Program-made: the position numbers and the translations under genes
Notes under the pieces: generated by a model
What the model was told of the DNA's origin: nothing
What the model saw: the letters and a program-made list of their open reading frames with translations, nothing else
Databases searched by the model: none
Shown here: positions 63,804 to 64,000 of the stretch, in pieces
Numbering within the stretch: the first letter of the stretch is position 1
How the letters are laid out: the number at the start of each line of letters is the position of its first letter
Source of the DNA: Candidatus Levybacteria bacterium RIFCSPLOWO2_01_FULL_42_15
GTDB lineage: Bacteria; Patescibacteriota; Microgenomatia; Levybacterales; UBA12049
NCBI GenBank assembly: GCA_001784055.1
Contig: MFOZ01000019.1
Location: forward strand, 18,593-82,592
DNA: 64,000 nt
Direction: 5' to 3'

Positions 63804-64000
63804 AGTAAAAAGAAGAACAAAAACGTTTTTAAAAAAATATGTTTTTCTTCTTGTATCTCCTTTTATCTTTTTTTGTGCGCTGTTTTTGTTAAAACAATAT
63901 GGCTTTTATAATCATCAGATTAAAAGTCCACTATCCTTGAAAGCAGCAGGCGTCGTATCCAGAAGTGTTTTTTTAGACATTGCCACTTCAAGTGGGGTAG
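63775..64000 (+). CDS. Bitopic membrane protein, possibly FtsQ-like (3'-truncated by window edge)
   Basis: Open frame MRKERNKKSKVKRRTK + hydrophobic helix, open to window end; follows murG. Confidence 0.5.
   Translation, partial: MRKERNKKSKVKRRTKTFLKKYVFLLVSPFIFFCALFLLKQYGFYNHQIKSPLSLKAAGVVSRSVFLDIATSSGV

Noticed and set aside
1-64000. Stop-codon reassignment (code 25), rRNA/tRNA genes, transposase or integrase genes
   Set aside because: Known genes are full length in code 11 and several end in TGA; intergenic gaps are short and I saw no RNA-gene or recombinase signatures by eye

Overview
Bacterial genomic window, genetic code 11 (TGA is used as stop), gene-dense and AT-rich. The gene set and order (recO-glyS, DUF4012-like protein, FemAB-type ligase, membrane-anchored MurF, few Shine-Dalgarno sites) suggest a Patescibacteria/CPR organism, probably Microgenomates; this is inference, not a database result. 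About 1-38 kb is a large surface-glycan locus: ATP-grasp/ThDP enzyme/HAD, C-methylated deoxysugar genes, GDP-heptose genes hddC-gmhB/hddA/gmhA, aminotransferase, acyl/formyl/methyl transferases, many GT2/GT4 and GT-C-like membrane proteins, manC and a priming sugar transferase. About 38-44 kb holds DUF4012, recO, glyS and an orphan purF. About 44-64 kb is a rearranged dcw cluster (mraZ rsmH ftsL ftsI murE murC murB murA glmU-N GNAT HAD glmS hydrolase murF DegT femAB mraY ftsW murG). The strongest unexplained signal is a set of short GC-rich hairpin elements and 7/8-bp periodic tracts lying in frame inside coding genes. One 50-bp element occurs in both a glycosyltransferase and murE (44/50 identical), is read in different frames, and sits inside AAARTTC heptamer tracts both times. 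A second candidate is a non-canonical UDP-GlcNAc route (GlmS + GNA1-like GNAT + HAD + acetyltransferase-less GlmU). I saw no rRNA, tRNA, CRISPR array or transposase gene.
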